DNA of 64,000 nucleotides from Octopus bimaculoides (taxonomy: Eukaryota), in contig NC_068997.1 in the NCBI RefSeq assembly GCF_001194135.2, forward strand, positions 10,096,384 through 10,160,383, written 5' to 3'. Shown one piece after another: positions 40,963-52,180 of the stretch. The notes below the pieces were generated by a model. That model had not been told where the DNA came from. It did no database searches and saw only the letters and a program-made list of their open reading frames with translations. Made by a program: the position numbers and the translations under genes. Every line of letters starts with the position of its first letter. The first letter of the stretch is position 1.

Positions 40963-41505
40963 NNNNNNNNNNAAAAGAATCTCTACAATATTGCATTTAG
41001 GATCTGAATTGTATTGCAAAAAAAAAAAAAAAACCCCAAATCCAAAACTGTTTTGAAAATTGTTTCAATTAAGACATCATTGTCATTGCTGTTATCTTGT
41101 CACTGTTATCACTGTCACCATTTTCATCTTGTCATTGTCTGTCATCAGTTGTATGACTTTTCATCAAGTGATTTTTTTTTTTCCATCTAATGGCTAATTA
41201 AGTGTCATTTCACTGAACCAACTCTCATCCAAGCAAATTTATGGAAATGTCTTTTTATATTGAAGAATTCTGTTAATATATTATTTTGGGAACCTGTAGA
41301 AGAGGTAGACCCAGGAAGACAGAGGATGAGGCGGTGAAGCATGATATTTGAACGTTGGGCCTCATGTAACTGGCACCCATGCCAGTAGCATGTAAAAATC
41401 ACCCTTTGCACATTGGGCCTCACAGACGTGACAGGTGACCAAGACCTTTGGCGATGTGCCAAGTGAAAACCATGGGCACACAAAGCCAACAAAGAGCCTT
41501 TACAT

Positions 41506-42260
41506 CAATGGTTCTCAATCACTTTTTGCCTCGGAACCCCTTTGATTCCTATTTTACTCAGGATGGGGTGTGTGGGGGGGTATCTCATAGCCATTCCATG
41601 TCTAAAAACTCCTATTATGTTTTCTTTTAATATTAACCCCTTCATTATTATATTTATTTTGAGATGTTCTGTGTTTCTTTCAATTAATTTTAAATATAAC
41701 AAAGAATTTAGTAAAATAACTTCGTTATCATTAAGTTGGTGTTAGGAACATAAATTGTGCCTAAGGTTTGGTGGAAGATTCTAATTCAAATCTTATGAAA
41801 ACAAGACATTTGTACTACAGAGCCAGAACCGGTTTCAGCCAGGTTGGTATCAAAAGGGTTAAGGATTGTTTCTCTATTATATATTTTAACCCTTTTGTTA
41901 CCATATTTCTGTTGAGATGCTCTGTGTTTCTTTCAATTAATTTTAAATGTAACAAAGAATTTAGTAAAATAACTTAGTTATCATTAAGCTAATGTTAGGA
42001 ACATAAATTGTGACTAAGGTTATTTGGTGGAAGATTTTAATTCAAAACTTATGAAAACAAGACACTTGTACTAGAGCCAGAAGCGGTTCCAGCTGGATTA
42101 GTATCAAAAGGGTTAAATATTATTAGGAATTGTATGATAAAAAGTGTTTAAATATTGTGTGTATTGTACAAATACAACCAGTTTATTGCAGATAAAGTTT
42201 AACAACAAAATCTTATGTGAACCCCACAAGGGATATATGAACCCTGGTTGAAAACTACTG
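41506..42260. mobile_element. hAT-type MITE containing a nested piggyBac-type MITE dimer
   Basis: Ends CAATGGTTCTCAA / TTGAAAACTACTG. TSD CTTTACAT / CTTTACAC (7 of 8). 3' part matches 13400-13490. Confidence 0.8.
41632..42116. mobile_element. Head-to-tail dimer of piggyBac-type MITE family F (TTAA-CCC...GGG-TTAA)
   Basis: Two roughly 230-bp units, each with TTAACCC / GGGTTAA ends, separated by a 23-bp spacer. Confidence 0.85.
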
Positions 42261-42309
42261 CTTTACACAGTTACTTGACCCAACAAGAGAGGCTTTGCAT
42301 GATCAGTGG

Positions 42310-42686
42310 TTGTTGGCACTCCGTCGCTTACGACATCGAGGGTTCCAGTTGATCTGATCAACGGAACAGCCTGCTCGTGAAATTAACGTGCAAGTGGCTG
42401 AGCACTCCACAGACACCTTATTGTAGTTCTCGGGGATATTCAGCATGACACAGTGTGACAAGGCTGGCCCTTTGAATTACAGGCACAACAGAAACAGGAA
42501 CTAAGAGTGAGAGAAAGTTGTGATGGAAGAGTACAGCAGGGTTTGCCACCATCCCCTGCCGGAGCCTCGTGGAGCTTTAGGTGTTTTCGCTCAATAAACA
42601 CTCACAACGCCCGGTCTGGGAATCAAAACCGCGATCCTATGACTGCGAGTCCGCTGCCCAAACCACTGGGCCATTGCGCCTCCACT
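42310..42686 (-). mobile_element. SINE family B copy with 11-bp TSD
   Basis: Reverse complement of 23537-23921. TSD ATGATCAGTGG at 42299-42309 and 42687-42697. Confidence 0.9.
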
Positions 42687-43030
42687 ATGATCAGTGGAGC
42701 CAATGAGAAAAGCTCACTATAATCATTTCCACCACCAAGACGGGCTCTTCTACGCTGTTACTTAACTCCCAAGTGAGACTAGGCAATCACTTGAGCCAAT
42801 GAAGGAAGCTCGAAGGTGTTGTGTCAGCAAACAACAGAGGCAGTATGTGATTGCTTGAGTAGACCCTTAAGCCAACAAAAGAGATTCTATGTGGACAGCT
42901 GAAGTATAATAGGAGAGTCTCTATGCAGTGACTACAGTCAATGAGGAAGGAAGATCTGGCTGGTATTTTTAGAAGGTTATGTGACCACATAGAGGCTTCT
43001 TTGATATTGGAAACGAATATGGAGACAGTT

Positions 43031-43061
<31 letters not shown>

Positions 43062-43444
43062 CAACGACAATTGTGAATTGGAAAAATGCAGAAATAAAAT
43101 CTATTTCCAATATAATAAACCTCATACACCCATTCGCAGTTGCTACCTTGTTTAATATATGAAATATTGCTGTTGTTGCTGTTGATGGGCCACTGCGACT
43201 GCATTCAGTTTCCCTCTCACTCTCCAACAGTTTCTTGAGGTCAAACAGACACACTGGCTTTCTTACTTTTTCTTTTCTTTTCTTTCTTTTTTTCTTTTTT
43301 TTTTTTTGTATAACAAAACACTAACTTAATCAGACAGTGGAATTAATGCTCAGAGACCAGATGAAACGGTCAGTAAATAATGCAATGTCCAAAATGTCCA
43401 ATGCACTATAATCGAATCTGGTTTAATCAGACCTGCAATACAGC

Positions 43445-43486
<42 letters not shown>

Positions 43487-45206
43487 CACTCTGATAATGT
43501 CTTGATTGTTGATTTGATTTTTATTTTTAATCATGAATTTTATATTTTTATAATATATTTATCATCATCATCATCATCATCGTCATCGTCGTCATTGTCA
43601 ATACTTTAATGTCCACTTTTCCATATTGGCATTTGTTGGACAGAGTTTATTGAGACAGATTTTGTGGGACTGGATGCTCTTCCTGCTGTCAACCCTTACC
43701 GCTTTCCAAGTGAAATGAATATTTCCCCATGGACTGACATGTTTTCATAGAACATTGGAAATGAACGACATTTGTTTACAACAACACAATATCAAGAAGA
43801 TGAAAACACACACGCAAACACACGTGTGCATGTGTGTGAGCGTATATACACACACATATGACAGGCTTCTTACAGTTTCTGTCTACCAAATCCACTCACA
43901 AGGCTTTGGTTGGCCTGAAGCTATAGTAGAAGACACTTGCTCAAGGTGCGATGTAGTGAGACTGAACCCAAAACCATGTGGTTGGAAAGCAACCACACAG
44001 CCACTCCAGCACCTATGTATATGTATATGTATATGTCGTGGGCATCGGTACCATTTTCCTCTTTTTCCGTTCTTCCATTCTCCGAACTTTCCATCTTTCC
44101 GACGAAGGGCGACGCCCGAAACGTCATACACTCTCTCTTTCCTTTCCTGAGCGTCCAATAATACTATCCATATCACGTCCTCACTTTGTTGTTTTTTTGT
44201 TTTTTTGTTATTGTTTTTTTGAACTATNNNNNNNNNNTCCAATAATACTATCCATATCACGTCCTCACTTTGTTGTTTTTTTGTTTTTTTGTTATTGTTT
44301 TTTTGAACTATATATATATATATATATACAGACACACACACACACACATACAACAGGCTTCTTTCAGTTTCCATCTACCAAATCCACTCACAAGGCTTTG
44401 GTCAGCCCAAGGCTATAGTAGAAGATACTTACCCAGAGGTGTCATGCCTTGGAACCGAACCCAAAATCATGTGCTTGATCATAATTTTTATATTTATCAC
44501 AAATTTTTTTTATATGTAATATTCTTTATGTTTAGAATTGACATTGGCGAGGTATAGATCTTAGCTTGTATCTTATCTTATTAATGAACTACATTTCATG
44601 GGGCTAAGGTATTTCAAGTTGATAAAGCATGCAATGATAAAACAATAGTCAAGGTTTTTAGGGGTCCAGTGTTCACATCTCTGTCCAAAATCAATCCAGC
44701 TTTTTTTTTTTCTCTCTCTCTCTCTCAAACCTAAGTTCTGGAATGTCAGAAGTTAGATTCAAGAACAACCTGCATTCTGGAAGAATAGCTTTCCAGAAGA
44801 ATCCATTAGAGAGTCTATACTATTTTCATTTAGTTGTACCAAAAACAGAAAAAGAAAACGGCAACAAAACACACACAACACATCTCAATGAAACAAACTC
44901 ATAAAATGAACCAATGAGAGAGCCTCAACATGGTCACCTGACCTGCTACAAAAGGAAAAAAAAAAGATAAAACCTCCCTCAATCAAACCCTACCATCTGA
45001 AAACAGAAGCCATTGGGTAGAAATAATACCTTTGAAGAGGTTTATGAACAAAGATGGAAGATTGAAGGGTGGTAAATTAAGTGTCCTTATTAAGGGCACA
45101 AGTCAGTAACGGCAGCAGGGATATCTAAAGCATTGACCTTTTCAACCTAAAGGCCAGCTCCCTAATGATTCATCTAGTTGTGATCTCATTTGATTCCTTA
45201 CTTACT

Positions 45207-45265
<59 letters not shown>

Positions 45266-45435
45266 ATGGTACATGTAAATGCATGCACACATGTACAGAG
45301 CACCCAGACTTGCAAACATGCATGTGTGAATGCACACACGTATACACGCATACATACACAAAACCAACATGCAGGCATCTACATACATGCACACATATAT
45401 ACGCAGCACTCAGATATGCACACGGTAAACACTCA

Positions 45436-45483
<48 letters not shown>

Positions 45484-45623
45484 GACTACAACCAAGATGG
45501 GAAACAATTATCCAAGAAAGGAGATGAAGTGTGACAATAATGTATGAGAAGTAAACTAAATTAGAGTTTGGATATATTTGTATGTTTTTGGAAGAATATG
45601 AATCTCCTATTTCNNNNNNNNNN

Positions 45624-45722
45624 CTTTTTTAAAAGCTTCTTCAAAGGGGTTCTTAGTTAAATCTTGAAATAATCCAATCTCTTCACAGTTCTTAAGAAAT
45701 TTGGTAGGGGTCGGTGTTTGAT
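45624..45722 (-). CDS. ATF2: ATF2/7 coding exon 3 (DQTPTPTKFLKNCEEIGLFQDLTKNPFEEAFKK...), 3' end hidden in N gap
   Basis: Manual translation; absent from the ORF track. DQTPTPT carries the JNK/p38 Thr-Pro sites. Acceptor tacag, phase 1 fits exon 2. The donor is not visible (gap 45614-45623). Confidence 0.93.
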
Positions 45723-45765
45723 CTGTACTCAGCAAAAAAAAAAAAAGAAAGAAAGAAAGAAAACA

Positions 45766-45802
<37 letters not shown>

Positions 45803-45816
45803 TCATCATCATCATG

Positions 45817-46056
45817 AAAGAAAGAGTAAAGGTTGATAAATATGGAGACCTGAAAATTGAGATCACTAAGATGTGTTGGCAGCTATGAGAGACAAACATA
45901 AAGGTTATCCCTATTGTCATCAGAGCATTGGGTTCAATACCACCCAATCTGAAAAAACATCTGAAAACTTTAGAAATACCCTACAGTCTAGGTGTATTGC
46001 AAAAATCGGCATTACTTGGAACTGCACGCATATTGCATAAAGTACTGTCTGTCTGA
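45817..46056 (+). mobile_element. 5'-truncated non-LTR retrotransposon, R4/Dong-like restriction-like endonuclease C-terminus (pseudogenised)
   Basis: Translates KERVKVDKYGDLKIEITKMCWQL*ETNIKVIPIVIRALGSIPPNLKKHLKTLEIPYSLGVLQKSALLGTARILHKVLSV*. KxxKYxDL, PIVIxALG and LQKxALLGTAxIL are typical of RLE-clade ends. One internal stop. Confidence 0.8.
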
Positions 46057-46570
46057 GGTTATTGAATTTACTCCACTTGAAAACTTCATTCTTCTTATTT
46101 CCAGCTCCTTGAATCAACAGAATAATGGAAGAAGGAGACAGCCCAAAAGTATCATAAAAACCTTCCTTCCATTATAAAATATATGAAGTTCTCAAGCAGA
46201 ATAAATTTGTGTGTGTGTGTGTGCATGTTTGTCCCTGCAACATCACTTGACAACTGATGCTGGTCCATTTATGTCCCCCATAACTTAGCGGTTCAGCAAA
46301 ACAGACCAATACAATAAGTACTAGGCTCACAAGGAGTAAGTCCTGCGGTCAATTTGCTCGACTAAAGGCGTTGCTCCAGCATGGCCGCAGTCAAATGACT
46401 GAAACAAGTAAAAGAATAAAAGAATATTTTTACACCATTAAAACCTAAATTTTATCTTCAAAAATATTTACAGGCTTCAACATCAACAAATAAAACTATT
46501 CAGTAATAATTCTATATTATTTCTAAAAACTGATGCAATTTATATATACATATATATATGTATATATACA

Positions 46571-46601
<31 letters not shown>

Positions 46602-46744
46602 TGTCTATTGTTTTATGTAACTCTGTGATGCTCTTTTCAATACAGTTGTTGCGTTGTGAACTTTAAAGATAAAAGCCTCAGGACGTGGGGCAAGACTAGC
46701 TGCCCAGCTCACTGTGTAACCTCACCCAACACATAAGAACTTAC

Positions 46745-46850
46745 CTAAAAATAAATTGTTCGGTGTTCTATTGTTGCTGCCAGAGTTTAAGGTTAAACAC
46801 ATCTCATGTTTCTTCAAGTGTACAGTCAAGTGATCTTCATTGGTAAATCG
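46745..46850 (-). CDS. ATF2: ATF2/7 coding exon 2 (RFTNEDHLTVHLKKHEMCLTLNSGSNNRTPNNLFL; zinc finger and MAPK docking region)
   Basis: RFTNEDHLxVHxxKHEM is the ATF2 signature. Acceptor tgtcag, donor G|GTAAG, phase 0 to 1. Confidence 0.95.
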
Positions 46851-47994
46851 CTGACAAGGAATAAAAAAAAAAAAATTACACCATGGATGGATAGATTGAC
46901 GGATGGATGGATACACATACACAAATTTACTGTCTATGTACATATATACATACATTTCTATATCTATATACATGTGCTAATATACAAACATTTTCTAACA
47001 ATTTTGTGACATTTCTGAGTGAGTGTATGTATGTGCATAAACACAAGCATGCATGTATGCACACGCACACACACAGACACAAATGTGCACACACACAAAT
47101 ACGTACACATAAACACGTACGCACACTCACATATACTCACGCATGCATATAACACATATAGACACAACTGAAATATCATTGATGCAACAAAGATTTTCCT
47201 TTGGTGACCTTTCCAGAAATTTAAACAATACACAAGACAGAAATACTGAACGGTCACTTAGCATTAGGCCAGAGATAATAATAGTTCCAGCAATAATGGC
47301 AAATGTCTGCTGACTTGGGAAGTCTGCAGGTAGGAGTAGGAAAGTACAGAGTTATACTGGCACAGCAGGAAGTGGTACAAAAACGAAAACAAAAAAAAAG
47401 AAAGCCTTCTGCTTGTTAAAGAGAGGGAGGACACAAATCACAGAATAAACAATTGTTGATTGGACAAGCCAAAGGAACAACTCAGTGGTTATCTGGTCTG
47501 CTAGAAATAGCAGCCAAATCTCACACATATTGTAGTATTTTAACATCTTAGAAACAGAAAGAACATGTTGAACAATGAAGTCCTAGATATGCAACAAGAT
47601 GTGACGGTCATGGCTGGAGTGCCTTTGATCACACATCTGCTTGATCAGGAGCTAACTTGTGGCTAAATAACAATTGCACCTTATGTAGTTTTTTTTGTTT
47701 TTTTATGATTATTATTATTGTTATTTTTTATCCCAAGGGTTTAGACAAAGGTAGACAGAGGCACCCATAATGACCCTTTAGAGACTGGTGAGGAGGGACA
47801 AGGAACAAAGAGACCATAACACACTGGTAACTGCTAAGCTCTATTTTCATTCTGTACATCGTGTAAGTAGGCCTGATTAGAAATCAGAAGGCACAGGTGG
47901 GCTTGATAGTAATTAGGTCAGCCTCCCAAGGTGTTAATCATAATGTTGCAGCTGGTAATGGGACCTTTGCCAGAGAACCACTTCCACTCAAAGC

Positions 47995-48237
47995 CTCTCA
48001 CAAAATATTATTCTCAAATTTTGGCACAAGGCCAGCAATTTCAAGGAGGGGATAAATCAATTACACTGACCCCCAATTACATTGATCCCAATAAGCTGGT
48101 ACTAAATTTTATCAACCCCGAAAGGATGAAAGGCAAAGTCGACCTCGGCAGAATTTGAACTCAGAACGTAAAGACGGATAAATTGGCACTAAGCATGTTG
48201 CCCGGCATACTAATGATTCTGCCAACGTACCACCTTA
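47995..48237 (-). mobile_element. tRNA-derived SINE family E. Other copies near 10375-10590, 17270-17410, 33235-33400, 53820-54225, 54575-54735, 58745-58900, 61178-61395, 61631-61818, 61892-62193, 62488-62710
   Basis: Recurrent GTTCTGAGTTCAAATT...GTCGACTTTGCCTTTCATCCTTTCGGGGT...AAGTACCAG...CCTTGTGCCAAAATTTGA. Boundaries approximate. Confidence 0.82.
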
Positions 48238-49945
48238 CCCTCTAACAAATATTAATGCTACACAATGAAGTAGTACAGCAAAACGTAATGCTATCCTCAA
48301 ACAGCACCACCACCCCCCTCTGCACCAACTGGATCCTGTGCCGGTAGCAAGTAAAAAGCACCATCTGAACATGGCCAATGCCAGTGCTGCCGGTAGCATG
48401 TAAAAAGCACCCACTACACTCTAGGAGTGGTTGGCATTAGGAAGGGCATCCAGCTGTAGAAACGTTGCCAGATAAGACTGGAGCTTGGTGCAGCCTCCTG
48501 GCTTGCCAGTCCCCAGTCAAACCGTCCAACCCATGCCAGCATGGAAAACGGATGTCAAACGATGATGATGATGAAACAGGGGGTGGGGCCTGGCCAAATG
48601 CTTACTATAGACTGGACTTGACTAAAGATACCCAAAAACTCAGTGGAGGTGTATGTTAAACCAGGCACTGGACTAAATCTGTCTAAATGAAAAGAAAAAT
48701 TCCCTTAACACTTATTAGTGAAATAGCTCAAGCATAAATTGAACCTGTATCATGGATGCAATTCTTTCAGTGCTTCCTAAAATACCCTGAAACCTCTTAA
48801 GGATGACTGGGTCATCCAATGAAGATTATCTTCATGTAGCACATGAATAACAAATCATATAAAGAAGAGTCCATCTTGGCTAATGATTAGGGCTAGAAAC
48901 TAAATATAAATAGCTCAACCAGGATTTGAATTTGCAATGCAGTTTCTAATTTTCATGACATTAACATCATTCTGCAATAAAGTTTTCAGTGGCTCTCAAT
49001 AATATTTCATTGTTTATACCCAAGTCAGTCCTAACTGATTGTTTCTTTGTGTTCTGCAGACAGCACAAGTAAAGTATGTGTAACCCAGTGATGCCGTCCT
49101 CTCGAGCAGCAACAGTACATGTGTGCTACAGACTTGTCTAACTAGAGTTAGACACCACTCTTAACATAAACCAGTCTATACTAGGCACTGACAATCAATT
49201 TATGAAAAAACAAAAAACAAAGGAAGTTATAATAGCAACTAAATAATGTCAGGAGTTAATAAGCTTATTTATTCACAGATATTACCAAAAAAAGAAAAAA
49301 ATTTCCTTCCTGAATTTTAGCAATTCTTTTGAATACAAATACAAAAAAAAAGTTATTATAATTTATAGTTTTAATTTCTTTTCTGTTCCACTATGAAAAC
49401 AGTTTATTTTATATCTCTTGAAATTTCTAAAAAAAAATAATAAACTCTTGCAATGTAAACAACATACAATTCTCACTTGTAAGAACAAAAGCTTCTAGAA
49501 TTGATGGAAAAAAAATTGAAAAGGTTACTTTGGTATAAGGATAGCACATCTGTCATGACCACAGAAGATATGGGTTCAAGCCCCACAAGCAGCTTTCAAC
49601 TTTTTTTTCTATGTGCTATATTTTTATAGCTTCACCTACTTTGAGTTGCACAGTTAAAATGATTTATTTAAAAATTAATAAATTAATTCAAAACTAGACA
49701 AACAAACCAATAAGGGTGCTCTTTTAGTGTACAGTTTACCATAGTATCCATAGTCAACACTGTGAAATGATCCAATCTGGGTTGGGAATAGGGTTAGGGC
49801 TAGAGTTAAATTTAGGAATGAGATTTAGAATTAGGGTTAGACTGTATGCTAAAGTGTAAATGACCGGGCAGACCACATGCCAAAGTAGCACCCAAATAAG
49901 GAAGTCAACACATGTAGAGACACACACACACATATATGTACTTAC

Positions 49946-49999
49946 CATCCCACATCCTGGAGATGAACATACAAAAGGTTTTTCATCTTCACTCATCAT
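49946..49999 (-). CDS. ATF2: ATF2/ATF7-family transcription factor, coding exon 1 (MMSEDEKPFVCSSPGCGM; first half of C2H2 zinc finger)
   Basis: Matches the ATF2 N-terminus MSDDKPFLCTAPGCG. Acceptor ttag lies immediately before ATG, implying an upstream non-coding exon. Donor GTAAG at 49945, phase 0. Confidence 0.93.
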
Positions 50000-51800
50000 C
50001 TAACACACATGGGTATGTGAAAGATGAGAGCAAACTGACAGCTACACTATGGTTGACCTGCATGAAAACAAAAGAAGACAAACACCAATATATTAAAAGA
50101 GTGACCAGTCTCAAACAATGGCATCAAAATGTAAAATGAAACATTTCCAAAACTATATTTTTCACATTTTTTCTTTTTTTCTTTTTTTTCTTTGTTACTT
50201 TTGCTGTCTCTGACATTCCAATTGGGTTGAACTAAAATCATTTTTTCAACTGTTTCATCATCATCGTTTAACGTCCGCTTTCCATGCTAGCATGGGTTGG
50301 ACGATTTGACTGAGGACTGGTGAAACCGGATGGCAACACCAGGCTCCAATCTAAATTTGGCAGAGTTTCTACAGCTGGATGCCCTTCCTAACGCCAACCA
50401 CTCAGAGAGTGTAGTAGGTGCTTTTACGTGTCACCTGCACGAAGGCCAGTCAGGCGATACTGGCAACGGCCACGCTCGAAATGATGTCTTTTATGTGCCA
50501 CCCACACAAGCCAGTCCAGGGGCACTGGCAACAATCTCGCTTATATATACTTTGTTGCTTACATCAGCTATTGCACTGCGGCCATGCTGGGTTTTCACCT
50601 TGAAGAGTTTTAAGTATATCGACCATGTATTTATTTTCTTTATTTATCTCTGTCATACTGCTAAATTACTGGCATCTAACACACACATACACACATTAAC
50701 CCTTTCGATACCAACCCACCCAAAACCACCCTTCCTGGTTCTAAGATACAAACTTCCTGTTTAAAGATATCTAAATTAAAAGCTTTCATCAAAATCTTAT
50801 GTTAATTTCTTTTCTAAACACTAGCTTAATAATAACTGTTACTTGACTAAATTCTTCATTATTTTTAAAAATTAACCAAAACAAATGTAGAATATTTTAA
50901 AAGAAATATGGTAATAAAAGGGTTAATTACTGACTGTACAAGTTATAAGGTGAAACACTTCATTATTAAATCTGTTTAGTTGTGGGCCTTAGGAAGACAC
51001 ACAAACATTGTTAGTTTCAAGTTTGTCTGACTCACAAAAGCATTTTCTACTCTATGACCTCAAAAGTATCACAACAGTCAAAAGTTCTTGTGACATACAT
51101 AGAACTATAATTTTCTTACGGTTATCCAATCAGTTTGCAAATATTCAATTTATTCATTCCTGTGTCAGAATTAAAACTTTCGACTTTGAATTACTTTCTT
51201 TATAAGAAATTCCGTAGAATGCCAAGAAATGTTTTTGATTAGTGGGTTGGATATTTTTATTTTTATATTTGTATTTGAATTTTGCAAAATTCATGAATTG
51301 AATTTTGTAAATCTCTGAAGGGGCCTAGTGAATCATGCATGTACTCCCATTGCACCCTTCTCATCTACCAATCACTCCAGCATACTGGAGCTATATAGAT
51401 AGAATGAGGCATGCCAACGGTAGGCCAAAACAGCTGTAAGATTTTGTCCCTTCTTCTGTTGCTAGATGTCCTTTTAAGTTTGAAATTTTAATTGTTGATA
51501 TGACATAGTGTGTCATAAGTGTCTGTATATTGTCTTTATTGTCCTTTTGGTTGTAAAATAAACGGATTAATCAACAGAGTACAGTGTCTGCAAGCTGATG
51601 AGTACCTCATATTCCCCTCCATTCTCTTATTACTATATAAATTTAGGGTAAAAACCCCCTTTTACCTGCACCCACTTATTGCACTTGGTAAATCACTAGT
51701 GTAACAATAACTGGGTACCCTCCCAGCAGTATATTGGATAAATATTATCCCTTAGTGGGTTGGATTCTCAACCCCTAACTCTCTTGGATTATATATATAT

Positions 51801-52180
51801 GGCGGCACTCCGTCGCTTACGACATCGAGAGTTCCAGTTGATCCGATCAACGGAACAACTTGCTGATGAAATTAACGTGCAAGTGGCTGAGCACTCCACA
51901 GACATGTGTACCCTTAACGTAGTTCTCGGGGATATTCAGCATGACACAGTGTGACAAGGCTGGCCCCTTTGAAATACAGGCACAACAGAAACAGGAAGTA
52001 AGAGTGAGAGAAAGTTGTGGTGGAAGAGTACAGCAGGGTTCGCCACCATCCCCTGCCGGAGCCTCGTGGAGCTTTAGGTGTTTTCGCTCAATAAATACTC
52101 ACAATGCCCGGTCTGGGAATCGAAACCGCAATCCTATGACCTCGAGTCCGCTGCCCTAACCACTGGGCCATTGCGCCTAC
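51801..52180 (-). mobile_element. SINE family B copy
   Basis: Near-identical to 42310-42686. Confidence 0.88.

Noticed and set aside
43147-43253. Possible cassette exon (VCLFDLKKLLESERETECSRSGPSTATTAIFHILNK) between exons 3 and 4
   Set aside because: Phase could fit if exon 3 ended at the gap edge, but the acceptor is purine-rich with no pyrimidine tract and there is no family homology. Needs RNA-seq.
49523-49595. tRNA gene candidates (this site and the SINE heads)
   Set aside because: A/B-box-like words only; no complete cloverleaf. Treated as SINE heads or remnants.
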